Shown here: positions 24,336 to 35,700 of the stretch, in pieces | Numbering within the stretch: the first letter of the stretch is position 1 | How the letters are laid out: every line of letters begins with the position of its first letter | NCBI GenBank assembly: GCA_010015805.1 | Contig: ML978126.1 | Span: 1,612,001-1,676,000, forward strand | Direction of reading: 5' to 3' | Length of the DNA: 64,000 nt | Source: Rhizodiscina lignyota | Lineage: Eukaryota | Translations under genes and position numbers: made by a program | Notes under the pieces: generated by a model | The model's input: the letters and a program-made list of their open reading frames with translations, nothing else | What the model was told of the DNA's origin: nothing | Database searches by the model: none

Positions 24336-25431
24336 ATGGCGTTCAAGCCTACGCCGGCCCTCGGATCGCGGGTGGAGGCACGTCTTCGCGGTTGGCGTAC
24401 CCCTGCAGTCAAGATCTTGCGACAGGAGAGCAAGCGGACCGACTCTGTCGTTCTCGATCCCGCGTTCAACCATGTCCCTCAATGGGAGCCGCGGCAGGCT
24501 CTGTCCGTCGAAGAGGCCTACAAGATGATGGGCCTGTCGATGGAAGAGGTGCTGGCCATGCGAGGCGGCACGCGGAGGAAAGTGGAGAGAGAAGACGTCT
24601 TGCCAATGAGCCGGATGCCCGAGCCACGGGACGAGATCCCACAGGTTGAGGATCTGGAGCTGAGCGTTGCAAAGGCTGCGCAGAGGAGACCATGTAAGTA
24701 TTGGGCCTCTCCCGGGATTTCCTGCCTCGACGATCGGTGCTGATCAAGTCTGTCCATTTCTAGCACCAGGACCTTTCCGTCCAGTAGAAGACCGCAGGCT
24801 CTTGCCAATCGCTCAAAAAGTCAACTCAATGCGATATAAACCACCGGCAACATCATATTGGAGACACAGCATCTACGCCTACAACAAGAATACCACCAAG
24901 AACCTTCCTTCAACCACAGTGAACGCAAACAAGCTCATTCGAGCATACTTCAACATGGTCCCCAAAACCGCTTCAACATCTACCGACCCCGCAAGCTCTT
25001 CGAAAGAAGCAGGCCCTGCAGGAATCACGCCAGCGGAGAAGCCAACTGCAACAGAGTCTGCCGCAGAGGCATCCGAGAAGACAGCCAAGAAAGGCCGGAA
25101 GACGATCAAAGACGTCGAAGAGGAAAACCGTCTGAAGCTACAAGAGCACAAGACCTCTGGCTCGCGGATATACGTCTCAGATCGTGGCTATCGGAGCAAG
25201 GGAATGATCAGGCAAGACGTGCTCGGCAAGATTTCAATGCGCATGCAGCCCAAGGGCACATTCCACTATCCGTACCGTGACGTCCAGGCCGCCGCGCCAC
25301 AGATCACGTACAAGCATTACAGAGATGGAGTTGGCATCAGCGTGCATGTACATGAGGGAGTGGAAGAGGAGACGACGAGCAGGAGGCAGCAATCTGGTGC
25401 GGACAAAAGGAAGCAGAAGACGGCACATTGA
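24336..25431 (+). CDS. rps3: Nuclear-encoded protein resembling the N-terminal part of fungal mitochondrial ribosomal protein Rps3 (uS3m/S5)
   Basis: Intron 24694-24763 joins the two ORFs in frame. RYKPPATSYWRHSIYAYNKNTTKNLPSTTVNANKLIRAYFN matches the mt-Rps3 N-terminal block as I recall it (KYxP...W.NSIY.YNKN..KNLP....IxSYFN). ITYKHYRDGVGISVHVH resembles the EIKHTN..IITLY strand. The N-terminus is Arg-rich and presequence-like. Confidence 0.7.
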
Positions 25432-25781
25432 AAACTTGTACATTAAAGATACCCAGACTTGTATAAAAGAAAGACACATGTTTCCAATTCGCACCATGGT
25501 GGGTATGCCATTTAAACAGTCCATACTGCAGCATTTGCTTCTGAAGACCATACACTTCATTATTTCCGCCATTGCAGTTCAATGTTCCTTCCGTATCTAA
25601 TACTACTTTGATTTTTATCGCACTGGAGCGGACGAGAGACACAGTCGAGAGAGGGCACCACTAACCAGCAAGGTGCACGGGATTTAAACAATCTCTTTGT
25701 CTTCGACGAAGAGGACGACCAATATGTCGAAGACGTAAGAGCCAGTGTTGACCTCTGGTGTGAGGAGAATGTGCCGGGAGA

Positions 25782-27059
25782 TTGCGTGCATATAGGTGTA
25801 ACTGTAAGTTGGCAAGGGTTTCGAGAGGGCCTGCAAAGTACAGTGGAACTAATAGGACAGTCCCAGATGATGTTGGAAATGTCCAACCTCTGAGCAGCGG
25901 CGCGCAAAATCCAGATGTTACGAATACGATTGAGGAAGACAACGAAATATCCCATGAAAGCGATAAAGGCCTGGCCCATGGCTCCTCTGCTCTACAAATG
26001 GCGAAGAAGGATAGGAAACATCGCGAGACAACAAGCAACTCATCCAACAGTTCGTTCGGTCAATATGAGCCACGAGCTCGATATGACGTTGCAGAAAACC
26101 CTCCTTGCTCTCAGCCGGCCTCTAGTGCTTCTCGACGCCGGAGTAATCGAGACAGTCTAGCACGTTCTGTCGGCCGTGATGCTAATTCTGAGCGCGTCTT
26201 TCATGCAATGATCAACACGCGATCCTCTTCTGCACAAAGCCCAGATTCAACATCAGCGCCTGTACCAGCAACTGCAGCGCTCAACCGCGACAGGCTGAAT
26301 TTATTTCTCTGAGACATTCAAGCCAAAGCCAACAAGCGGAATCGTTATCTCCATCTCAGCCTCCTGACAGAAACTCCGACTCCAATGAATTCAGAGATCA
26401 GGTCACACAAACAACACCATTTGCGACTAGCCAAGCCGGGAATTCTCGTCCGCTACTGCCTCTACCACCTTCGAATCCCGTTGCCTCGAATTACGCTTGA
26501 AGACCAACTCCGAGAAATTATCAACGAGAATGATGACAATACTTCACCAAAGCCTTCTCAACGCGCTCTGTTCTACAATGATAATCCCACGCAGGGCTCA
26601 TTAAGTAACTATGAAGATTCATTTCACAGCCATTGGAATGCTCACCGTCCGCAACAGGAACATCTGAACCTCCAACCACCAAGAACTCGGCCAGCCAGTC
26701 CTGTCGCAGTATCACCAGAACCAACGAACATCGTCCCTGCTGCTGGGCCACCCTTCGGAGGTCCCCTCCATTTCGAGGGCGATAATACTCGTATGCACCA
26801 ACACGGCCGTACCGAAAGGACTCCTTCACAGCTCAGGACTAGCTCTGTGCAGACTGCAGAGGATTGCATCGGATGCCAGGAAAGGGCTGACATCCCCTCA
26901 CGCCCTAGTGACAACATACCCTCGTCGCCAGAATCCTCCCTCGAGCAAGCCCCGACAGATCCCATCCATTTCCAGCGTAATGCTACAGCACAAGACGAAC
27001 AACGTCCAACCTACACGCAAGCATCGAACGCTTCCAGGCGTAAAAGAGGGGGTAGATGA
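25782..27059 (+). pseudogene. Low-complexity hypothetical gene interrupted by an in-frame TGA
   Basis: ORFs 25782-26312 and 26385-27059 are in the same frame, separated by a single TGA at 26310-26312. The start is uncertain. Confidence 0.35.
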
Positions 27060-27993
27060 CCTCCCCTCAGGGGCCCCAACATAACTTACAGCGCTTCCAT
27101 ACGAGCAGCCAATGAGGGTTCGAAGGATATAGGGTTTAGCAGGTACTATAGTTGTGGATCATACACTGGAAGAGAAATGGTAAGGATGACTATATCGGAA
27201 GATGCTGAGCTTGAGACTGTCTGGCGGATGATTGACTAAGGCATTTCGTTTTGGAAGATAGGAGATGGTGCAATGGAGTGGTTTCACAGTTCCTTAAGAA
27301 CATCATCTGGGTTGCGCGAGGATAGAGGCAAACTGCAAGAGATTTGGGTGATTTAATATGATGTAGTAGTGGGTATACTGTTTGGATCCTTTTTTAGCCG
27401 TTAATTTCATCGTCAACTCTTTCAGAGAACTCCGCGCCATTGGATGGTCCTTCACTATATACATATCTTAACAGATGCTTGTACCAATCACTGCTGCTAT
27501 TGCTTCTTCCATTTAATGAGATCATTTCGACTATTGCCAGCTCGTCTTATCCGGAGCTGACGCTAATGGAAGGACACTTACTGTGCTGGATAATCTTCGA
27601 ACTGTACAGAGTTGAGAATTAAGATGAATCGGAAAGACTCGAGACTAGTGCATCTAGCTACTTCTACGCAGCAAGCATGTACAATAATTGGAACTGTTGC
27701 TGCTGAGCTAGATGCTATACTTTCCATGGACGTCTCACTTGCTCCTTCGTTGTAGCGCGCCTTGAATCGCGGAGATTCTTTCTACAGCGATTGTCACGTC
27801 TTGTCCATCTTTACAGAAACGTGTGCTCGGGTCTATGAAGCGAGGCATATTTCCAGATCTACGGGTAATCAGTCTTCTGACTTTCTGCCTCGTAGCTAGC
27901 ACCCAACACCACCAGCCAAAAAAAAAAAACACCAAACAAAACATCACGATCGGCAACCTCCACGAAACAACAACTTTCAATAGTAGCTCAGCC

Positions 27994-28616
27994 ATGCCGC
28001 GTCACCTTACTACACAAAGCAAAGACAATGGAGATTTTCCCCGTCGTCGGTGGATTGGCAAAGCTTTGCACTGGTTGAAAAAGCTCAAGAGGAAAAAGGT
28101 AAGCTCACATTGAACTCGGGTAATGTGTGATTCCAATACCAAAACTTACTGAAATCTGAAAAGTCTGACCAAAACTTGAAAGCCGGCTTCACCAAGCCAT
28201 ACGATCAGCCGACTACCCAGCCTCCACAGCGAGAAGACACTGACACCAGCCCTTTCCCCCCAAACGCCTCCCAGGCGAGCAACTTGTTCGAGAGAAGACA
28301 GGGGGATCATTTCGGCCATCGAGGAACTACCAGCATGGAAAATGCGGTCACATATATGGCCAGACAAGTCGCCGCAGGAAATGAGAGGCTCGCGGCGGCG
28401 CTCGCAGATGCGACCACAGGGTGGAGTGGACGACCATATGGTCCCACGAACATGGGTCCGTCCAGCTGCTACGGTCTCCTGATGCAGCTGCATCGCGACC
28501 AGTCGGAAGTTCATCGAGTAGAGGATGATACTTACGCGCCTTTGACACCAGCAGCATCGGCAGTATCACAGCGATCTGTGCTTGAGCGCAGACAGAGTGG
28601 CGGGTCAAAGGGCTAG
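27994..28616 (+). CDS. Small hypothetical protein, two exons
   Basis: GCCATG at 27994; intron GTAAGC 28099 to AAG 28163 splices in phase into ORF 28176-28616. Confidence 0.55.
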
Positions 28617-29345
28617 GTGGGTGTGAAGAGCAAGCAAGAGGCAGGAGGGGATCTCGAAGTCCGACCAACGAGTATTCCTTTGACTCTGCAGAGCAGTGGA
28701 ATGTGCTCTGAGAGCATATGAATCCTTGGGAGAGCAGGCAGTTTAGACAAGCAAGGAGCTGTCATAGCACGGCTTAGAATCGTCGAGGGGACAGGACGAG
28801 TGAAGTCATCAGCCAAGATAGACTACAAACATTGAAGCACAAGATTGCCTCCAAATACAGCCGAAAGCAGATATCTGCAAACTTTCAGTAGCGGTTCCGA
28901 TTGTTTTGAAGGATAGAAGTGACTGCCATCATACCAATTCAACGGCCATCCCCTCCCAATTCCTCTTGAGCCTCAAGACGATGAATCTCCTCCTCAAACC
29001 CAAGCTTGAAGCAGCTTTTCACTTCTAATGTCTCCAAGTCTTCAAGTAGATGTCAGACAGGCACGGTCGCTAGACAGCTGCCCACATGCCGGCGTCTTAG
29101 GCAGACAGCTCAACCTGCGGACCGATTACGCCATTGTTTACCCGACGCCTATTTAAACTCTTCTCACCTCCTCCTCCCTTCTTCTTCCTTCAAGCTCACA
29201 AAAAGAGAACCTCTCTTCACCGAAATTCTCAAACCCCTTTACAAACTCTCACTTCACAAGCCTTCACAAGCTTACACCAGCTCCTCCTCACCAATCCTTC
29301 CTCTTCAGTTCACTTTATGTCGGCTCGAGAGTCTTGAACAACACC

Positions 29346-29800
29346 ATGGACGCCTTCAACTCGAACCACTTGGTAGCACATGTGTCAAAGATATATTTGG
29401 GGTCAAATTTCAGATTCAAAGGGAGGTCTGTTCAACAGCTCCTTGCGACTTTGAAAGTTGACCCTGAATATGTCTTTGACACATGTGCTACTTACAAACA
29501 CACTCTGCGGGAGCTTTCTTTCGAAGCATTCCCACTGCAAGAGCATCACGTCGGTTTGGCCTGATCATTCGCCGAGGTTCCATCAAGGTCTCGCGCGATG
29601 TCTTCATCCCACACATCTATTTCACGTATCTCGATTTGGTTTCCGGGTACTACCCGTTGGAAAGAGGAGGATGCCCAGAAGTGGACTCGCACCTTCTCGT
29701 GGTGCTGGGCGTCAGTACTCCTGTCGGGCTTGCTGTCCCGCACAGGAGGAAGCTAAGACGAGTCCTGTTCGTGCTTGGTTGGCTTGCATGTCTCAGATAG
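29346..29800 (+). pseudogene. Possible frameshifted small hypothetical gene
   Basis: TATTTAAA and a CT-rich leader precede CACCATGG. Two overlapping ORFs (29334-29564 and 29483-29800) lie in different frames with no evident intron. Confidence 0.3.
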
Positions 29801-30312
29801 CTTAGATAGGAATATACTCAATTCTTTCACAACACCTCACTGTGCTGCTTCCATCAATGACTTCCTTGTGAGCTTGGCCATGTTGACTTGCGTTCGGGCC
29901 CGAGTAGTGAATTCATCTCACAAGGCACCAAGGGCCACGCAACCTCAACCTACCCAAACAGTCGTGCCTTCCGATCGAAGCATCATGCTCATGTAAGAAA
30001 ATGTAGTCGTAATTGAACATGCAGATACTTCGTTACAAGTACACAGCCTCGCGGGTGAAATATTGCTGACTCCGCTCGATGTTGTCTGTGGGTTGGCAAT
30101 CGGTCAACCCAATTGCCGCGAAGCCTGCAGCACAAAACGCCATGGATATCAAGTCGTTCCACAAAATGCTCCGCACCTAAACAGCAAGCAGGCCCATATG
30201 CGTAAGAGAGATCGTATCCGTTTCCACATACTCCACCATCTTCGCCAAGCATCCAGCCTCTCGGCCGTACCGGCTCCACTCCATCTCCGCACTCCAAACC
30301 AACCCCCTCATA

Positions 30313-30663
30313 CTACGCCGCCTTACTAACAGTCCTCTTCAGACGATCCCGCAGGCGATTCGGCTTATCGCTCGTCTTCTGCCTGCGCAGCTCCTTGCGC
30401 GTCAACTTCTCGTGGTTGACGTCCTTCTCGCCCTCCCCATCTGAGTCGCTCTCGTCGACGAGATGGCACAGACGATCCGCGACGCTGTTCTCGTGTCCTG
30501 ATATCTCGTGCGTCCGCATTGGCGACAGATCTGTCATGTCCTCGGCGTCTGTTGGGGAGAGTTCGGTGGTGTGGAGGTCGTGGTTTTGCTTCGCGGCAGC
30601 GTCTGAGGCGGAGGCTTTGGGTGTGGCGTCACCGGCTGTGTTGTGAATTCCTGTGTCGGCCAT
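30313..30663 (-). CDS. Small hydrophilic hypothetical protein
   Basis: 116-aa ORF with CCACCATGG start context, biased codon use and a basic C-terminus. Confidence 0.6.
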   Translation of the reverse strand: MADTGIHNTAGDATPKASASDAAAKQNHDLHTTELSPTDAEDMTDLSPMRTHEISGHENSVADRLCHLVDESDSDGEGEKDVNHEKLTRKELRRQKTSDKPNRLRDRLKRTVSKAA

Positions 30664-32138
30664 GGTGGTTTATGAGAGGAATTGAAGCCCCGAGGGTTCG
30701 CTCTGAGGCAATGGTTTGGAGTAGAGTCCGAAGCTGGAGGTGATTTGCGAGGCTGGAATGTAGTTTGAAACAACGGCGCAAGCACGTAACTGATCTTGTG
30801 AAGTTCTTAACCCTTGATTGAGAGAGTGAGAATTGTTATCAACGTGATATTTGGTCACTGTATGAGCACACTTCGGTCAACTCGGTTCACAATGGCGCTG
30901 GACAGAATGGAGTAACAGGAGCGGATCGACCTACCTTTAAATCCTGCCAGCGGCGGGAAGAGAGCTTCCGACAAGGGCCTTCAGTGTGTCAAACGTAGTA
31001 TGGCAACTCAAATTCGTCTCTAAAAAGAGATGCTGCTGAGGTAAGAGCAATTGAGGTGTGCTAGAGTTCCACGAGACGGTTGAAATAGAGTTGGGCCAGC
31101 GCTTCTTTAAGGCCAGTAGCCGCGTCTGGGGTGGGCCTCACGCGATCCACGAGCGGTGCGTAAGGAAAGTATGACACTTGCCCAGATCGGCTTCCTCGGG
31201 CGTCGTCAGCTGTCCATGCCGCGCGCTGCGCCAATGGGCAGCCAAGAGGGAGCCGTCCTCGCGTTGCTCGCCTGAGTGCTGGCTGCGCCTCTTCGTGGAA
31301 GTCGACTGCCGCGGCGACGATGAGGATTCCACATTCTTGGTGAGTAAGTGCAGCAGTAGCGGACTCTGGTATCAGTAAGCGTCGAATGCGCGTCGTGCGT
31401 GAGACGAACGAGACCCTGGCGATCGAGGTGGAAGCGGGGCAAGAGGCGAGAAGGCGGCGAGAAGCGTGCGAACGAGGGGGACGGCCACAGGGCTATCGTC
31501 TTGGCCCGAAGGAGCGGATTCCTTGCATGAGTACGTCGGCGGCTTTGTTAGTACGCTATCTCATTGGTGGAAATCCGCCGTATAGTCTGATTGGTAGCGT
31601 AACGTGCCGTTTTCTGAATCTGGTGCCGGATGCTCCGGAAAGGGAAAAGAATAGAAGCTGGCCTCTGAATGTAGCTGTACCAGGGATGCACAGGGGCACA
31701 GCGGTTTCGTAGTTTCTTGCGAGCGCACGAGATCTCCTTTCCCTGACAACGAGAAGCAAATCTTCTAAGATATGCTCAGTAAGCTGCTCCCTAACGATTG
31801 GACGTCGAATGTGAACTCACCATTACGCGGGAGCGTCTTGCAAATGGTAAACGCAGCTACAATAAAGCGGCATTGTAGAACTTGTAGAGACAAAAGAATG
31901 TCTGCTCACAAGAAGAAAGGGAATGTTGACGTTCGCCGGTGTTGACGACAGGGAGGCCGTCTTGAGCTGCCCGTTCTGCCCAAGCAGCCACCGCAAGGCA
32001 GGCGCAAACAATAGAGAGCAAACCATGACAATGGAGCTGAAATAGAAATAACGTTTCCCATTGCCGGATACTTACTCCAATCCCAATCTTTCCATATACA
32101 GCCCAAATCCCTTCCAAATCCTCTACCACATATCCAAA

Positions 32139-32741
32139 ATGCCACCCAAGCAGAAGCAACACCCTTCCGCCCGCGGCATCGTGCCAGTAAAGCCCTGGCT
32201 CTCAGCAGGCTCTTCAAGCAAAGAAGAGGAATGTCAAATCGATCTGGAGCCTGGCGATGTGGCTCTACAAATCCAACTTCCCAGTGGCACCGCATCACCA
32301 ACTCCCTCGCAGCAGAAGGCCGCTGCCTGCTTTGCCGGGCTTCCAGCAGAGGTCCAACTCGCCCTTCAACACGACAGCGCCGATGAACTCAACAGAGCCT
32401 TGGTGCGCCTTTCCATCAAACAGGTCGAGACGCTGCTGGTCGCGATGATGGAAGTGGAAATCCTGTTGATTCGCTGGGCGGGAAACCTCTTGAACGTCGA
32501 GGACGTACCGATGGTGTTGGTGCGGAAGGAGAGGTGGTGTGTCTGCAGAGGATCGGAGGACGAGGACATCGGCATGATTTGCTGCGACGAGGCGAGGTGC
32601 AAGATACACTGGTTCCATTACGGGTGCGTTGGCTTGACGGAGGAACCTGGCAAATCGAATGTACCAAAGGGCAAGGCCAAGTGGTTGTGCGACGCGTGCA
32701 AGGCAATGGGGGACAGGCAGTGGAGGGAGCGGTCAGCTTGA
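32139..32741 (+). CDS. PHD-finger protein (ING-type PHD) with a Cdc37 C-terminal-like helical segment
   Basis: WCVC..MICCD...C...WFHYGCVGL...KWLCDAC is a complete C4HC3 PHD. Upstream FAGLPAEVQLALQHDSADELNRALVRLSIKQVE resembles Cdc37_C. Start context is CAAAATG. Confidence 0.8.
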   Translation: MPPKQKQHPSARGIVPVKPWLSAGSSSKEEECQIDLEPGDVALQIQLPSGTASPTPSQQKAAACFAGLPAEVQLALQHDSADELNRALVRLSIKQVETLLVAMMEVEILLIRWAGNLLNVEDVPMVLVRKERWCVCRGSEDEDIGMICCDEARCKIHWFHYGCVGLTEEPGKSNVPKGKAKWLCDACKAMGDRQWRERSA

Positions 32742-35700
32742 GTCAGTTTCAGCAGAGCGAAGAGTTCATGGAGTCATTCAGATCAAGAACCGAGTAATTT
32801 GTTCTACATACAAGCAAGGTGTTCTACAAAATGGATGTCTCTCGCATTGGTGACGCCCTTCTCTTTTATTTGGAGCAGGCGGGTATTGTTCTTTGTTTGA
32901 TGCAAGACTTTTAATCTGGGGACGAAGATTTCCAAGTGGTACCATTACACAAGGTAGACATGGTTCTTGTTTCCCGTTAGTTGAAGAAAGAAGAAGGGTT
33001 CTTGTCCGGGAGTTGTTTTTATAGACCTCTGGCTGACTCAGCTTTGTTGAAATCGAAGGCTGCACGTGCAAGTGTCTGATTCAGTGCGCGTAAAGACGGC
33101 TAAGAAAATAGCATAATACTGATTCATGAAAGTGCAATGCACTCCAAACCGTTCAGGGAGGTTGACCATCTCGATGCAATACGTCCACGCCAACCTCAGT
33201 CATTTACAGCATGTGAAAATATAAATCCATTCTTGTCTGCTATCACCATCTATTGACGAATTGGCCAGCTGGAGTTGAGATTTCTCGGTGGTTCCAGAAC
33301 TTCCCAAGGCGCACAGGATACGTAGATATATGCTACAGTATATCGATGGGCTTGAGGAGTTAAACTAAATGGTAAGTATATCAATCCGTTTTATCCACAC
33401 AAAAGTAAAATTCCCGGCAAGATTTATCAGCTAGAGAGTGCTAAAACCGTCCCCGAAACCAAGAATCGGCAGCCTCCTGCTTCAAATTCGGAGTCCATCA
33501 CCCGATTCCTTCGACCCATCGCTTTCATACCAGATTTTCTCCTCCAAGATACTCATGCGGCGCATCAGCTTCTACAATGAGTACAATAATCTCTCCTTCT
33601 TCATGAAAAGAGGGGAGATAGTCGCTTTCATTGGCAAGACAGGCACACATGCTGCCACGACGACACTGCTTCCCGCGTACAACCAGCAATTCTCAAGAGT
33701 ATCGAAACTCGCAAGTTGAATTGATTGCACGCGACAAACTTTAGGAGCATGCGCTGTCGACAGCAAGACCTGCGTCGGCTTTTGATGGATAACCTTGCGC
33801 GGCTCGAGTCTGGATGCGGTTTGAGCCTTGAGGGGCCTGCATTCTCTGCTTTGGACTCAATTCACCTATATGAATGAGGCGATGGGGTAAGCAATGGTCT
33901 TCAAAGCCTCGACAGGTCACGGCCATTTCAATCCTTCTCAGAGTACAGGTGTCGCTTGCATTTCAGGCAAGAAGATGCAGGTAGCCAAATCGCGCCCCAT
34001 GCCACGACTAGACTCCTTTACGAATACATAGCAATCCTCAGAGCTGATAAGTCCAATCAGGACTCTGTCCCTGTAAATTGAAAGTATATTTGTATTCTGT
34101 TCGTGTTGAGAATGGCGCGATGGGCTTGCTTTGCGCCCGAGCGGAGCGGAGAAGCCAAGAGAGCCATTTGAACAATCCCATGGCCGTCGAGAGCATCAAG
34201 AGTCCCGACTGTTCTTTAGCAATCGAAGAGCGCTCTAAATTAAGAATTTAATTTCAGTTGCCATGAGATACTACAACTCTCTATCGCTGCAATGCGATTG
34301 AGCAGTCTTCGCCGACCGCAGTTGAAAGGGGCGCTCGACGCTCCTTGTTGTTGCATGATCCACGCGTGAGTCGCAAACAACAAACCGTGAGAGGCCTTAA
34401 GGTGAAAGAGCAGCAGTCTAATACCACAGATTGATGTTGATAATGCACAGAGGTTTCCTTCAATGAGTCACTTTTCAATGCAGAAGCGCAGCATGAAGCC
34501 GGGAAGCGACTTAAAATCCATGCACGGAGCCTCGTCTGAAAGGTTGTTTGACCATTGCACGGGTTGGGCAGTTGACAATAGCAATTATCACTCAGCACAG
34601 TCACAATGAAACTGCAGCAGAAGGCACAGGTTGTTATCCAACAAGTATCCAATGTGAAAATTTATCTAACAGATGATGTAGCTATGACAGGTGGCCGAAG
34701 ATGGCCAAACATCTGGCAACTCCAAGAAGGCAAGAAGACATCAAGACGACATCGAGGAGACAGCAACAAACATCAAGGAGATGTCGACAAATATGAAGAA
34801 GACCTCCAACAAATACCCCGAAGACTTCCTAGAATATCACCGGCACATACTAGAACGACCTCCAACAAACCTGAAGACAACACCTGACAAAGATCGGAGG
34901 GACATTGCGGAACCATCGAACAACCTCGAATAAACATGAAAACAAAGCATCAAACAAATATGAAAAGATGACAAAAGGTAGCAGTATCCAACAAACTATC
35001 CAACAAACGTAACAAAGAAACATGCCAGAGAGACAGTATCCAACGAACCCATACCTAACGAACCATATCTAACAGCCCAATACCAGAGAACCCATACCCA
35101 AAAAAGCCTTCGTGGATGGCGGCTTGACTCAAGGCTGGCAAAGGGTTCGGGGTGCTTGCCACCGGGGACGCGGAAGAGATTCGTCTCGATGGTCGCATCG
35201 ATGAGAAAGAGGATGAGCTTCCACTCCTGTTCAGTGAATGGCGCTGTCGTTATCGAGCATATTGGATCGATCAGAGCTGTGTGGATTTGGATTGCCGATC
35301 TGTGCCTGGGCTGAGGATGGGGAGGATCACTCCACGGAACCAAGGTGAAAGTGTGACCGTGAAGGGAGAGAAAGTCTTTTCCCGATGGAGAGAGATGATG
35401 AGGGTGAGGGGAGCTGATTGGGAAGTAGTCGGTGTAGATGTCTGATTCTTTTGCCGGCCATTGAGTGGCAGGTAGGAATGGATGGTAATGGTGAAGCCGC
35501 TGATGATGGTGCTTTGAATACTGTCGGTCGGAGTTCTAAGTTGAAGAGCAGAAAAGACTCACTGACAAAGGATGGCGTCCATTGTGTTGCAATCCCAAGG
35601 GAAGAATGCCGCTGAGGCCAGTCGAGAAGCAACTCGAGGGCTGAAAAGCAAGGAGCTAGGAACCTCGATGAAGAGCATGTCTGCTGCGGATATTTGCGGA

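Noticed and set aside
33360..33385. ATACTTACC on the minus strand as a U1 snRNA 5' end
   Set aside because: No U1 stem-loop I GAUCA or stem-loop II AUUGCAC loops follow; more simply a plus-strand GTAAGT donor-like site.
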